This document shows, piece after piece, positions 1 through 9,684 of a stretch of 64,000 nucleotides of DNA; positions within the stretch are counted from its first letter, which is position 1; every line of letters starts with the position of its first letter. The notes under the pieces are model-generated. The model was not told the origin of the DNA. It ran no database searches and saw only the letters and a list, made by a program, of their open reading frames with translations. Origin of the DNA: Candidatus Latescibacterota bacterium (lineage in GTDB: Bacteria > Latescibacterota > UBA2968 > UBA8231); the NCBI GenBank assembly GCA_965217585.1, contig OZ244561.1:6944001-7008000 (forward strand). The letters run 5' to 3'. Both the position numbers and the translations under genes were made by a program.

Positions 1-1245
1 CTCGCGGTGGAACTGCCGTTTACTGAAGCGCAAATGGTTTCGATCGAACTCGACGATGAGGTCAAGCTCTTCGTGGAACCGGGCGATCAGTTGCACCTTG
101 ACGCCGACTTGCTCGACTTGCCCCGGTCCCTCCGCTTTTCCGGCCAAGGCGCGGCCAACAACCAATTCCTCGCCGCCCTGCGGTCTCGCTTCCCCGATTA
201 CCTGCGCATCGACTACAAAGACTTGGCGGTTGACGCGCATCGCCAAATGATTGACCAGCGGCGTTCAGAATTGGAGTCCTTTTTGGATGAAGGCTGCAGC
301 CAATACCAACTCACCCCGGGTTTTATCGCCTACTACCGCGCTAAAATCACCTATGAATGGGCCGAACAAATGGTCTCTTATCGGATCGGTTACTATATGC
401 AAAACGGACGGGAGCACCCGGTCCTCCCCGCGGACTATTACGACGTCCTCGATCAAGTCGAACTCGTTGACGAGTCGGCTATTGGCATCACCCATTACCA
501 AAACTTTCTGGAGTACAATTTCGATCGTCTAGAAGACGAAGCCTATGAGCGCACCCAACGCGAGCAACTATCCGAGGAGCAGTCCCGAGACCTGCTTGAA
601 ACCTACACCCGCTACAATCAGGCCCGGCGAGCCTTGCACGGCAAAGTCCTGTACTTCTTGCTCGCCGGGGAAATCGTCAGTGACTTCCAATGGGGCTATT
701 TTGACCAAGGCGAACAACGCCTAGCCGAATTCCTCCAAGACAACCCCTATCCCGAATATACCGAGGTCGTCGAGGAGGTCGTGCGGGAAGCATCCAAACT
801 CAAACCCGGTCAGCCCGCCCCCGACTTCACCCTCGACGACCTCCAAGGCCAAGGCGTCTCCCTGAGCGATTTCAGAGGCCAAGCGGTTTTCCTAGACTTT
901 TGGGCGAGTTGGTGCGGCCCCTGCATCGAAGATTTGCCCCATCTGGCAAAGATCAAACAGCAGACCCAAAACCAGAAAATCGTCTTCCTGAGTATATCCT
1001 TGGACGCCAGCGTCGAGCAGTGGCACCAAGCGGTGGAAGCGCACACACTGACCGACGTCCACGTCCACGCCCCGGGCGGCTGGGAAGCAGTGGTGGCTCA
1101 ATTGTACCAGGTCCGGGGCATACCCTCCTATTTCTTGGTGGGTCCAGACGGCCGGATGGATGGCCGTATTGATGATATCGACGATGTCGCAGACGTGGGC
1201 TCCCGTATCGAGGAGGTACTATCGTTAAAAGGAACAGACGACTGA
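1..1245 (+). CDS. TlpA-like thiol:disulfide oxidoreductase with C-terminal AhpC/TSA-Redoxin domain (5'-truncated by window edge)
   Basis: The frame is open from base 1 (LAVELPF...). Motifs are KPGQPAPDFTL, FLDFWASWCGPC (CxxC) and YQVRGIPSYFLVGPDG. It is a paralog of the next gene. Confidence 0.85.
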   Translation, partial: LAVELPFTEAQMVSIELDDEVKLFVEPGDQLHLDADLLDLPRSLRFSGQGAANNQFLAALRSRFPDYLRIDYKDLAVDAHRQMIDQRRSELESFLDEGCSQYQLTPGFIAYYRAKITYEWAEQMVSYRIGYYMQNGREHPVLPADYYDVLDQVELVDESAIGITHYQNFLEYNFDRLEDEAYERTQREQLSEEQSRDLLETYTRYNQARRALHGKVLYFLLAGEIVSDFQWGYFDQGEQRLAEFLQDNPYPEYTEVVEEVVREASKLKPGQPAPDFTLDDLQGQGVSLSDFRGQAVFLDFWASWCGPCIEDLPHLAKIKQQTQNQKIVFLSISLDASVEQWHQAVEAHTLTDVHVHAPGGWEAVVAQLYQVRGIPSYFLVGPDGRMDGRIDDIDDVADVGSRIEEVLSLKGTDD

Positions 1246-1354
1246 GGATGTTCATCTGGAGATAGCTAGTCGCTTGGGGGACTTCTGGGGAGCGCAACGT
1301 TTACAGGGGCCGCTCGGCCGCTACATTCTGGACGACAATGAGAGGAGATTTCCC

Positions 1355-2779
1355 ATGGCCCCGCTTTCCACCCGCGTCACCGCCACGCTAGCCAATGCGT
1401 TGGAACGGCGCAGCATCACCTTCGAGTACCAGCAAACGCCCATCTACCATACGCCCATCGCCATCGAAGTCCCCCTCGACGAAAAGGGCTGCCTCGCGGT
1501 AGAACTGCCGTTTACTGAAGCGCAAATGGTTTCAGTCGATCTCGACGATGAGGTCAAGCTCTTCGTGGAACCGGGCGACCAGTTGCACATTGACGCGGAT
1601 TTGCTCGACCTGCCTCAGTCCCTCCGCTTTTCCGGCCAAGGCGCGGCCAACAACCAGTTCCTCGCCGCCCTGCGGTCTCGCTTCCCCGATTACCTGCGCA
1701 TAGACTACGAAGACTTGGAGGTCGATGCCTTTCGCAAAATGATCGACCAGCGGCGCTTGAAAATGACTCGCTTTTTGGACGAAGGTTGCAGCCAGTACCA
1801 ACTCACCCCGGGCTTTATCGCCTACTACCGCGCTGAAATCACCTATGAATGGGCCAACGAGATAGTCTCTTATCCGCGCAATTACGAGCGGCAAAACGGA
1901 CGGGAGAATGAAGCCCTCCTCAAGGACTATTACGACATCCTCGATCAAGTTGAACTGGTTGATGAAGCGGCTATCGGCACCACCCATTACCGCAGATTTC
2001 TAGAACGCAATTTTCAGCGCCATTTTTTTCGCCTATGGGAAGAAAGGTGGAATCAGTCCAACATTGAGCAGATGCCCGCTGAGGAACCCAAGGCCTTTGC
2101 AGAAACCTACTCCGACTACAATCAGGCCAAGCGGCTCTTGCATGGCAAAGTTCTGTACTTCTTTCTCGCCGGGGAAATCATTTATGATTTGCAGGAGGGC
2201 CATTTTGACCAAGGCGAACAACGCCTGACCGAATTCCTCCGAGACAACCCCTATCCCGCATACACCGAGGCCGTCGAGGAGGTCATGCGAGAAACCGCCA
2301 AGCTCAAACCCGGCCAGCCAGCCCCCGACTTCACCCTCGACGATCTCCAGGGCCAAAGCGTCTCCCTGAGCGATTTCAAAGGTCAGGCGGTTTTCTTAGA
2401 CTTTTGGGCGAGTTGGTGCGGTCCATGCATCGGGGCAGTACCCCATCTGGAAGAGCTTAAACAGCGGACCCGAGATCAGAAGGTGGTCTTTTTGAACATC
2501 TCTTTGGACTCCGCCGATGAGTGGCACCAAGCGGTCGATGAGCACGGCTTGACCGGCGTCCACGTCCACGCCCCAGGCGGCTGGCGGGCGGCGGTGGCTC
2601 AGTTGTACCAGGTCCGGGGCATACCCTCCTATTTCCTAGTGGGTCCAGACGGCCGGATGGACGGCCGCGTCGACGATGTCTCCAATGTCGAGGAGGTGAT
2701 CAGCCGCATTGAGGAAGTGGCGGCTGGGAAGGTGCCGTCGTCGAAAAGCGGACAATCGGGGATAATTATCACGGGGTAG
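1355..2779 (+). CDS. TlpA-like thiol:disulfide oxidoreductase (tandem paralog)
   Basis: ATG at 1355 follows GAGGAG. It has WASWCGPC and the cis-Pro loop GIP, and long stretches are near-identical to 1..1245. Confidence 0.85.
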   Translation: MAPLSTRVTATLANALERRSITFEYQQTPIYHTPIAIEVPLDEKGCLAVELPFTEAQMVSVDLDDEVKLFVEPGDQLHIDADLLDLPQSLRFSGQGAANNQFLAALRSRFPDYLRIDYEDLEVDAFRKMIDQRRLKMTRFLDEGCSQYQLTPGFIAYYRAEITYEWANEIVSYPRNYERQNGRENEALLKDYYDILDQVELVDEAAIGTTHYRRFLERNFQRHFFRLWEERWNQSNIEQMPAEEPKAFAETYSDYNQAKRLLHGKVLYFFLAGEIIYDLQEGHFDQGEQRLTEFLRDNPYPAYTEAVEEVMRETAKLKPGQPAPDFTLDDLQGQSVSLSDFKGQAVFLDFWASWCGPCIGAVPHLEELKQRTRDQKVVFLNISLDSADEWHQAVDEHGLTGVHVHAPGGWRAAVAQLYQVRGIPSYFLVGPDGRMDGRVDDVSNVEEVISRIEEVAAGKVPSSKSGQSGIIITG

Positions 2780-2893
2780 CCGCATCGGGGGAACACGCGC
2801 TTTTGTCGGCGGGCTTGTCTGATAGATTTTTTGCAGGGTCGGGCGTATCTTATTCCATGTCGTTCATACTTAATCGAAAGAAAGGAGATCGTC

Positions 2894-3463
2894 ATGAAGC
2901 GTCTGACAGTAGTACTCATGCTGGCGCTGGCCACCCTCTTGCCCGCCGTGCATCCCGCCGTGGCCCAAGACCCCGAGGTAACAGCCGGTGATGTAGTGGA
3001 CCGGGAAACCCTGAAGGCCTTTGTACTCGCGGCAAAGGAATACGCGAATAAAGCTACGACCCTTCCCCAGTACATAGCTCTCTTGGGGGAATTCAGTGCC
3101 GAAGGTACTTGGAAGCAGGGCTCCATCTACCTCTTTGTTATTGCCCTTAATGGCACCTACGTCTTGCACGGAGGAAATCCAGATCTCGAGGGCAAAAACT
3201 TGATTGATCTCGAAGACTCTAACGGATTCAAAATCACACAGGGGCTCATCGCAGCGGCGGCTGAGGGAGGCGGCTACGTCGAGTATCTTTGGGACAATCC
3301 AGCGGTAGCAGGGGACGAAGAAACCGGCTCGCCTAAAGTGAGCTACGCCATCCCCTATAGCGCTCTCGGCCAAGATTTCCTCTTGGGATCTGGCTTTTAT
3401 CCGGAACCCGCTTCTACAGCAGTTGCAGGACAGTCCTGGGGACAGCTCAAAAGTCGCTTTTAG
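2894..3463 (+). CDS. Secreted stand-alone single-Cache domain protein with C-terminal TAV..SWGxLK tail
   Basis: RBS AAGGAG and signal peptide MKRLTVVLMLALATLLPAVHPAVA. Cache motifs are YLFV, LEGKNLIDLEDSNG, GGGYVEYLW, PKVSY and LGSGFY. There is no transmembrane or output domain. Confidence 0.8.
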   Translation: MKRLTVVLMLALATLLPAVHPAVAQDPEVTAGDVVDRETLKAFVLAAKEYANKATTLPQYIALLGEFSAEGTWKQGSIYLFVIALNGTYVLHGGNPDLEGKNLIDLEDSNGFKITQGLIAAAAEGGGYVEYLWDNPAVAGDEETGSPKVSYAIPYSALGQDFLLGSGFYPEPASTAVAGQSWGQLKSRF

Positions 3464-3509
3464 CCGCGATCGCGGCACCAAAAGCACCTCGACGCAGAAC
3501 GATAAGAAA

Positions 3510-3555
3510 CGGGGGCCATCCGATGAGGCTTGCAATAGCCTGCGGATGGCCCCCG
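3510..3555. terminator. GC-rich hairpin between convergent genes (probable terminator)
   Basis: CGGGGGCCATCCG (3510-3522) pairs with CGGATGGCCCCCG (3543-3555), with inner AGGCT/AGCCT pairing. Confidence 0.65.
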
Positions 3556-3599
3556 AATATTTGTTGTGAGGTGGTGCCCCTCAGACTCCTGAACGGCAT

Positions 3600-5543
3600 T
3601 TAATAGTAAACCAGAATATTGCCCTGCATGCCGGTGATGCCATCAATCGCAAACCACAGCCCACCCGCGGTTACATTGCCCAAGATCAACCCTAGGAAAA
3701 ACGGCTGGAGCCGCTGGTACAGACTCGGCCCCCCGTACTTCAACACCAAATTCTTGAGTGCCCACACCAAGAAAATACTCAACCAGATCTGGCTGGCCAC
3801 GGCCGTCGTGGCAATGGGCAAGCCGACCGGGTGCAGCGGCCACCACAACAGGAAGTGCCGCGCCACCATTAGCGCCACCATGACTATCGCGCCCACCAGT
3901 ATGTAAAACCACCCTTCCCAGTTCACGGCCGTCGGATTGTCGATCCAGCCGGCCACGTCCCCGAAGGGATTTTGGGCCCGCACGAAAAAGTACTGGTTGA
4001 GGTTGATACCGCCGTAGGTGTAGGCTTGGTGCAATAAAAACCAGTTCGATGCCAGCAGACTGACCACCAACGCCAGCGCCAAAGCCCAAAATAGCCGACG
4101 CCGATCCACTCCCCCACCGTGGATCTCCCCGTCGATCTTCAGCGCATTGGCGCACGCGGCCATGGCGAATATGCGCACCTTCAAAATCCAGCCGTACGTC
4201 ATTCCCAAGGCAACTAAACCCTCCGACCCAATCGCCGTGGTCCCCACAGTTGAAGTCATGAGCGGCTGGGGATAAATGGGGGCGCGAATGGTTGCTAAAC
4301 CGGCTTCGGCGACAAAGCGGGTCAATCCCACAAAGAGCACGAAGGCCACGAACAAGAACCAAAATACCAGCCAGCCCGGCAGCCCAGATCGCTCGAGCCA
4401 CACGCCCAGCACTACCATACCGAACAGAATGCCGAACACGGCCGTGCGATACGAGAGCATCTCCATGGAGTCGTCCACAGTTGGATCGCCCCGAAAGGCC
4501 TTGCGACACACGGCCTGCAAATGGTCTCGGGCCACCCACAGGCTGAAGAGCACAAAGGCGATCAGCGCCCCCATGCCCTCGTGCGCCGGGATCGCGCTCG
4601 AGGTGCTATAGCCGGTCAGTCGCTCGGTCATAGCAATCCCCAGAATCCCCAAAACGCCCTGCTGCACCGTCAGCAGCAAAAAGAAGACCCAGATCCCTAA
4701 GAGTACCTGTAAATTGACGAAATAGGCGAAGCCCAGGCTCATAAAACTGAGACCGATGGGTAAGACTAAGGTATTGCGAAAGAGAGGCAGACTGGTCTCC
4801 AAGGCGATTGAGGGAATGTAATTGTAGTAGCTGTGCAGGGCGTTCAGACTCAAAACGACGAACGGCAGCGAAAAACCCAGCCACATCAGCGGACGCCGGA
4901 AAAAAGGCCCAAAAAATCTTTTATCCTCCCCCTCCGCAAGCATCTCCAACGGCAGTTTCACCAGCGGATAGACCAAGCGTTCGTGCTCGACCCACTGCCG
5001 GCGCAACACCACCATCATGCATAGCATCACAAAACACAGCACCAAAAAGAAAAACCCCCAATAACTTAGCGGTTGTATCCATACCCCCCAGGGAATGGGC
5101 TCGCCCAGCGGCAGGCCCTCAAAAAAATGGCGCACGGCCTCCTCGTCCTGGGGCGCGATCCACTCTTTGAGATGCGGATGGATCAACTCGGCCCACTCGT
5201 TCTCCGGCGTGGCGTAGTACAGCACGCTGGCGATCTTGGGGACCATGTGCTCGACGTATCCTTCCGTCGGCACGGTGGCCGCCATCATCGTCATGATGAA
5301 TACCACCCCTAGCTCCGCTCGGCTTAAACCCAGCCGGTGGTAAAGTCGGGACAGCAAGGGGTGGAGGAAGGCTGCAAAGAGGAAAAAGACGAACAAGGCA
5401 ATGGGTGCACTAATGTTGAGAGCCATCCACGAGGCGTTGATGAAAGTACTGTACAAGGCCCCCAAGCTGGTGGTCAGCGACAATGCGCACCCCCAAATCA
5501 CAGCCTTGGCCGTCAGACCCGAGGATTGAGGCTCTGTCCGCAT
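3600..5543 (-). CDS. DUF6785/DUF6784-type polytopic membrane protein (putative OPT-like transporter)
   Basis: Many hydrophobic segments plus YYATPENEW, RRQWVEHERLVYPL, WWPLHPVG and KYGGPSLY..PFFLGLILG. The ATG at 5543 has an AGGAG RBS. Confidence 0.75.
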   Translation of the reverse strand: MRTEPQSSGLTAKAVIWGCALSLTTSLGALYSTFINASWMALNISAPIALFVFFLFAAFLHPLLSRLYHRLGLSRAELGVVFIMTMMAATVPTEGYVEHMVPKIASVLYYATPENEWAELIHPHLKEWIAPQDEEAVRHFFEGLPLGEPIPWGVWIQPLSYWGFFFLVLCFVMLCMMVVLRRQWVEHERLVYPLVKLPLEMLAEGEDKRFFGPFFRRPLMWLGFSLPFVVLSLNALHSYYNYIPSIALETSLPLFRNTLVLPIGLSFMSLGFAYFVNLQVLLGIWVFFLLLTVQQGVLGILGIAMTERLTGYSTSSAIPAHEGMGALIAFVLFSLWVARDHLQAVCRKAFRGDPTVDDSMEMLSYRTAVFGILFGMVVLGVWLERSGLPGWLVFWFLFVAFVLFVGLTRFVAEAGLATIRAPIYPQPLMTSTVGTTAIGSEGLVALGMTYGWILKVRIFAMAACANALKIDGEIHGGGVDRRRLFWALALALVVSLLASNWFLLHQAYTYGGINLNQYFFVRAQNPFGDVAGWIDNPTAVNWEGWFYILVGAIVMVALMVARHFLLWWPLHPVGLPIATTAVASQIWLSIFLVWALKNLVLKYGGPSLYQRLQPFFLGLILGNVTAGGLWFAIDGITGMQGNILVYY

Positions 5544-5563
5544 GGCTCCTTGGGCCGCTGTAT

Positions 5564-7390
5564 TCAACGTTCCCGCCTCTCTTTGATCGACAGAATCTGG
5601 TTGACGGGGATATCCTCGACGCGCTGGACCATTCCACTGGTCCAGCGCACTTCGACCAAATCGACGCGCTTCTTGGTGCCCAGCCCGAAGTGCAGTCGCG
5701 GATCGCTGATCGACAAATAGCTGGAGCCGCTGCGCACCTGCCGCACCTGGACCAGATCGCCGGCGACCACTTTCACCTCGGCACCCACGCCGTCCCGATT
5801 GCTCTGGGTGCCCTCGGTCCGCACCATCAACCAGTTGTGCGCGTTGCCTCCCTCATTGCGAACCAGTTTGGCCGCACCGCCGCCATTGGTCGCCAAGATA
5901 TCGATATCCCCATCCCCGTCGTAGTCGCCAAAGGCCGTGCCCCGACCGACCTGTGCGACGGCGAACCAAGCGCCCGAGTTGGTGTCCGCCAAGGCGAAGC
6001 GGCCCGTTCCATCGTTGCAAAAAAGCTGGTGCTCTTGGGCGTATTCCACGCCGGACTGGAACAGGGCGATTTTGTCGAGGACATGGCCATTGGCCACGTA
6101 CAGGTCGAGGTCGCCATCGTTGTCGTAGTCGAGGAAATTCGTGCCAAATCCCAAAAAACGCCAACTCGGCCGCCCTAGGCCGACGGCGTCTGTTACATCT
6201 TTGAAACGCCCGCCATCGTTGCGGTAGAGCGTGTTGGTCTCGTGGGAGAAGTTGGTGACAAAGAGATCAAAGTCTCCGTCGTTGTCGTAGTCGCCAAAGT
6301 CCACCCCCATGCAGGCTTCGTCGTCGCCGTCGGCGTTAAAGGCCGCGCCCACCTGCAGCGCGACGTCGGTAAAGGTGCCGTTGCCGTCGTTGCGATACAG
6401 ATAGTTCTCCATACCGTCGTTGGCGACAAATACGTCCTGGTCGCCATCGCCGTCAAAGTCCCAGGCCACCACGCCCAGACCCTTGCCAGCCAAATCCGCA
6501 ATGCCGGTTGCGGCGGATGCGTCGGTAAAGGTGCCGTCGCCGTCGTTGCGGTACAGCGCGTCGGGTACGCCTCCATAGTCGGAAGGCGCGCAATAAGACC
6601 GGGTGCGCTCGGTAATGGCCAACAGCCCCAAAGGAGTAGTGCCCACAAAACCGCCGCACACTTTGTTGGTGGCGAACGTGAAATCGACGTTGTTGACCAC
6701 GTACAGGTCGAGGTGTCCGTCGCCGTCGTAGTCGAAAAAGGCCGCGCTCGAACTCCACTGCGGGGCCGCTACCTCGGCCCGATCCGTCACATTGGTGAAG
6801 GTGCCGTCGCCATCGTTGCGGTACAGGACATTGCGGCCGTAGTTGGTCACGTATAAATCCTGATCGCCGTCGTTGTCGTAGTCGGCTGCCGCGCAGCCCA
6901 TGCCATAGCCCGTATCATCGACCCCGGATTCCCGGCTGATGTCGGAGAACGAGCCGTCGCCATTGTTGCGGTACAATACATTGGCGGCGCGTCGGTCGCT
7001 GGCCTCGGCTAGGATTGAGAAGTCGATGTCGACGGCTCCCGGCTCCGCAGACCTCACTTGGTCCGGCCGCTCAACCCAATAGGTCCCTCCCCGCCGGTGG
7101 TCGAGATTGACGGGCGTAGCTTGGATGCCGCCCAGATCAAAGCCATTGACGAGGTAGATGTCCAAATCGCCGTCGCCATCGCTGTCGAAGAATCCTCCGC
7201 CAGCACCGTACGTCTCTATCAAGAAATATGCCCCTGAGGCACCGTCGACGTGGACAAAGTCGATCCCGGCCTGGGCCGTGACATCCCTAAAGCGCACGGG
7301 CGGCGGGGCTGTATCGCACCCTATGTACAGGCAAAGACCGACTAAAAGCGGTTTCATAATAGGCCTTGTGGTCGCCGCGTTTCCGCTCAT
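5564..7390 (-). CDS. CRTAC1-family FG-GAP/VCBS repeat protein with C-terminal ASPIC/UnbV domain, probable lipoprotein
   Basis: Repeated DYDNDGDxDLYV / LYRNDGDGTF units and C-terminal SNRDGVGA..GSSYLS..RLHFGLG. The N-terminal hydrophobic stretch ends in LYIGC; the true start may be the later MKPLL. Confidence 0.85.
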   Translation of the reverse strand: MSGNAATTRPIMKPLLVGLCLYIGCDTAPPPVRFRDVTAQAGIDFVHVDGASGAYFLIETYGAGGGFFDSDGDGDLDIYLVNGFDLGGIQATPVNLDHRRGGTYWVERPDQVRSAEPGAVDIDFSILAEASDRRAANVLYRNNGDGSFSDISRESGVDDTGYGMGCAAADYDNDGDQDLYVTNYGRNVLYRNDGDGTFTNVTDRAEVAAPQWSSSAAFFDYDGDGHLDLYVVNNVDFTFATNKVCGGFVGTTPLGLLAITERTRSYCAPSDYGGVPDALYRNDGDGTFTDASAATGIADLAGKGLGVVAWDFDGDGDQDVFVANDGMENYLYRNDGNGTFTDVALQVGAAFNADGDDEACMGVDFGDYDNDGDFDLFVTNFSHETNTLYRNDGGRFKDVTDAVGLGRPSWRFLGFGTNFLDYDNDGDLDLYVANGHVLDKIALFQSGVEYAQEHQLFCNDGTGRFALADTNSGAWFAVAQVGRGTAFGDYDGDGDIDILATNGGGAAKLVRNEGGNAHNWLMVRTEGTQSNRDGVGAEVKVVAGDLVQVRQVRSGSSYLSISDPRLHFGLGTKKRVDLVEVRWTSGMVQRVEDIPVNQILSIKERRER

Positions 7391-7400
7391 CGCCCGGACA

Positions 7401-8732
7401 TCAAAACGACTCCGCGATCGACTTTACCGAACCGTAGGCCCCCCACAGTCCCAAGGCGAACAACGCGCCCATGAGGACGTTCTCCCACAGGCGATTCTTG
7501 TACTCTGCGCCGATGTAATCCGCCTTGGCGGTAATCCACCACAAGCCGCCCACGAGCAGGGGGATCAATACCACTGAGGCACTAGCGGCGAATACGGTCA
7601 TGACGACAAAGCCCGGCATGCCAGGCGCAGTCCAGACGACTGGAGAAATCAGGCACCAGACTACGACCCACCGGTAGCTCGGATGCGCTTGGTACGCCTG
7701 CAACTGGACTTCTGGGCCGGCCCGCCAGCGCTGGTACCCGTGGGAGCACAGGGCCCCAAAACCAAGGGCTTGACCCACCAAGCCCGTGTAGAGGACGGCA
7801 AAGAGTCCCAGATAGAACAATAAACGGCCGCCCTCTCCGAGGATCGTGCTCAGCAGTCGGGGCAGATCGTCCATCTCGGCGATAGTCATACCGCGCGGGT
7901 GGAGCACTTCGGCACCGAGGGTCCAGATCGCTAGGTCGAGGACGATTAGGACGACGATCCCCAGCAGGAGATCGTAGAACTGTACGCGGCGGAACGCGGG
8001 CCCGATCCAGCCCTTTTGTTCCAAGAAGTAGGGGTAAACCAGATTGGCCAGCGATCCGCCGATGGTCCCGATCAGCCCAATGGCCACTAGGAGCGAGCCA
8101 AAGGGTCCCACCTGTCCGGGCAGGTCGAAAGCAAAGACGCCCTGCAGGATCTTGGTCGGGGAGGGTCCGACCCACAGGGCCGCGCCCAAGAAGGAGACCG
8201 AGAGCAAGCCTAGCAGGACCTTGAAAAGCAACTCGAGTCGGCCGTACTCCGGGCGGAAGACAATGACCAGCGTCACCAAATTCCAGAACAGACCCCACAG
8301 CCAGACGTACCCGATGCCCGTCACATTGACCGAGATTTCGCCGATCCCCACAATGAGGTACGCGCCCTGGATGTGTCCTATGACGAAGCCCATCAGCGCT
8401 AGGAAGGGAGGATACCAAGGATGCAGACGGCCCAGCCCATCCAAGACTCCCTCTCCCCGCTGGTTGCACAACTGGTATTTGGCGATCAGGGATACGAACA
8501 GGAAGCGCACCACCAGCGCCAGCGCCAGCACCCACATCAGCGCGTACCCGTAGTTGCCACCAGCCACGGCCGACTCGACCACGTCGCCGGCGCCCATCCA
8601 GGTCATTGCGATGACTATGCCCGGCCCAAAAGAGCGCAGGTACTGAAAAAAAGTCCGGGGCACCTGTGGAGCCGGTGCGCCAGTGGTTTCTGCAGAAGGA
8701 GATTTGTCCATCGGATTCCCCTTGGACTCCAT
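7401..8732 (-). CDS. Nramp-related (APC superfamily) membrane transporter
   Basis: FGPGIVIAMTWMGAGD..AGGNYGYALMW is an Nramp-like TM1/TM2 pattern, and there are about 11 hydrophobic segments. The DPGN motif is absent. Confidence 0.7.
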   Translation of the reverse strand: MESKGNPMDKSPSAETTGAPAPQVPRTFFQYLRSFGPGIVIAMTWMGAGDVVESAVAGGNYGYALMWVLALALVVRFLFVSLIAKYQLCNQRGEGVLDGLGRLHPWYPPFLALMGFVIGHIQGAYLIVGIGEISVNVTGIGYVWLWGLFWNLVTLVIVFRPEYGRLELLFKVLLGLLSVSFLGAALWVGPSPTKILQGVFAFDLPGQVGPFGSLLVAIGLIGTIGGSLANLVYPYFLEQKGWIGPAFRRVQFYDLLLGIVVLIVLDLAIWTLGAEVLHPRGMTIAEMDDLPRLLSTILGEGGRLLFYLGLFAVLYTGLVGQALGFGALCSHGYQRWRAGPEVQLQAYQAHPSYRWVVVWCLISPVVWTAPGMPGFVVMTVFAASASVVLIPLLVGGLWWITAKADYIGAEYKNRLWENVLMGALFALGLWGAYGSVKSIAESF

Positions 8733-8797
8733 GAGGAGATTCGCTCTGTGACCCGCAAGGGAGCGAGAAGCGGTATGTCCTCCCCTATAGGCTAGGG

Positions 8798-9670
8798 CTA
8801 CTCTTGGCGCACCAACCGGGCTCCGGTGCCGGCATTGCGGCTGGTCGGGTCACCTCCCGAGCGATTCGCCGACCGCAGAACGTGGCCGTAATTGCCAAAG
8901 GCCCCGCCGCGACCGACGCGTAAAAAACCCTTTGCCGGCCCCTTGGGATCGACCTCGGGAACGTTGCTGTAGGGCTCGTTCGAATACCAGTCCTGGACCC
9001 ATTCCCACACATTCCCGTGCATGTCGTGCAGGCCCCATGGATTGGGAAGCTTGGCACCTACAGCATGACCGTAGCGCTCGCCCACCTCCCAAGTATTGTC
9101 CGCGTACCAAGCGTACTTTTTCAAGGCGTTATCGTCCTCCCCAAAGGACCACGGCGTCGCTGTGCCAGCGCGGCAGGCGTACTCCCACTCCGCGGCCGTG
9201 GGGAGGCGGTACACTGCCGCTCCGGCCATCCGGTTGAGACGACGCGTGAATTCCCGCACATCTTCCCACGAGATGTACACGGCCGGATGGTGCGGATTAT
9301 CCTCGACATGGCTCTTTCCCGCCCACGGTCGCGAGTGCATGACGCTGGCCCACTGAGCCTGCGTGATTTCGTATTTCCCTAGGTAAAAGCCCCGGCTGAT
9401 GGTAACCCGGTGCTGCGGTCCTTCGTTTTGATCTCGTCCGGGTTCGTCGGCGGGCGAGCCCATGAGGAAACTACTCCGGCCAATCCACACCATATCCATG
9501 GTCGCACCACCGGGTAGTTCCACGGCGATGGCCTGGCCCGTGGGCCTCCTCACCTCTTTGAGGTATCCGATCACTCTGGGCGAAAAAAAATATAACGCTC
9601 CGGCCAGTGCGCCCAAAATCGACAGGACCAAGAGGCCAATCACTCTTCTTGACAGGCGAAAAGCAAGCAT
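8798..9670 (-). CDS. FGE-sulfatase (SUMF1/EgtB/PvdO family) domain protein, membrane-anchored
   Basis: FLMGS, EGPQHRV, YRLPTAAEWEYACRAG, PNPWGLHDMHGNVWEW and RGG motifs, with an N-terminal TM helix. Confidence 0.85.
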   Translation of the reverse strand: MLAFRLSRRVIGLLVLSILGALAGALYFFSPRVIGYLKEVRRPTGQAIAVELPGGATMDMVWIGRSSFLMGSPADEPGRDQNEGPQHRVTISRGFYLGKYEITQAQWASVMHSRPWAGKSHVEDNPHHPAVYISWEDVREFTRRLNRMAGAAVYRLPTAAEWEYACRAGTATPWSFGEDDNALKKYAWYADNTWEVGERYGHAVGAKLPNPWGLHDMHGNVWEWVQDWYSNEPYSNVPEVDPKGPAKGFLRVGRGGAFGNYGHVLRSANRSGGDPTSRNAGTGARLVRQE

Positions 9671-9684
9671 TTATATCTTCAGAA

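Noticed and set aside
8798-9670. True formylglycine-generating enzyme, or a diversity-generating retroelement target
   Set aside because: The catalytic Cys pair is absent after RGG, and there is no reverse transcriptase or template repeat in the window.
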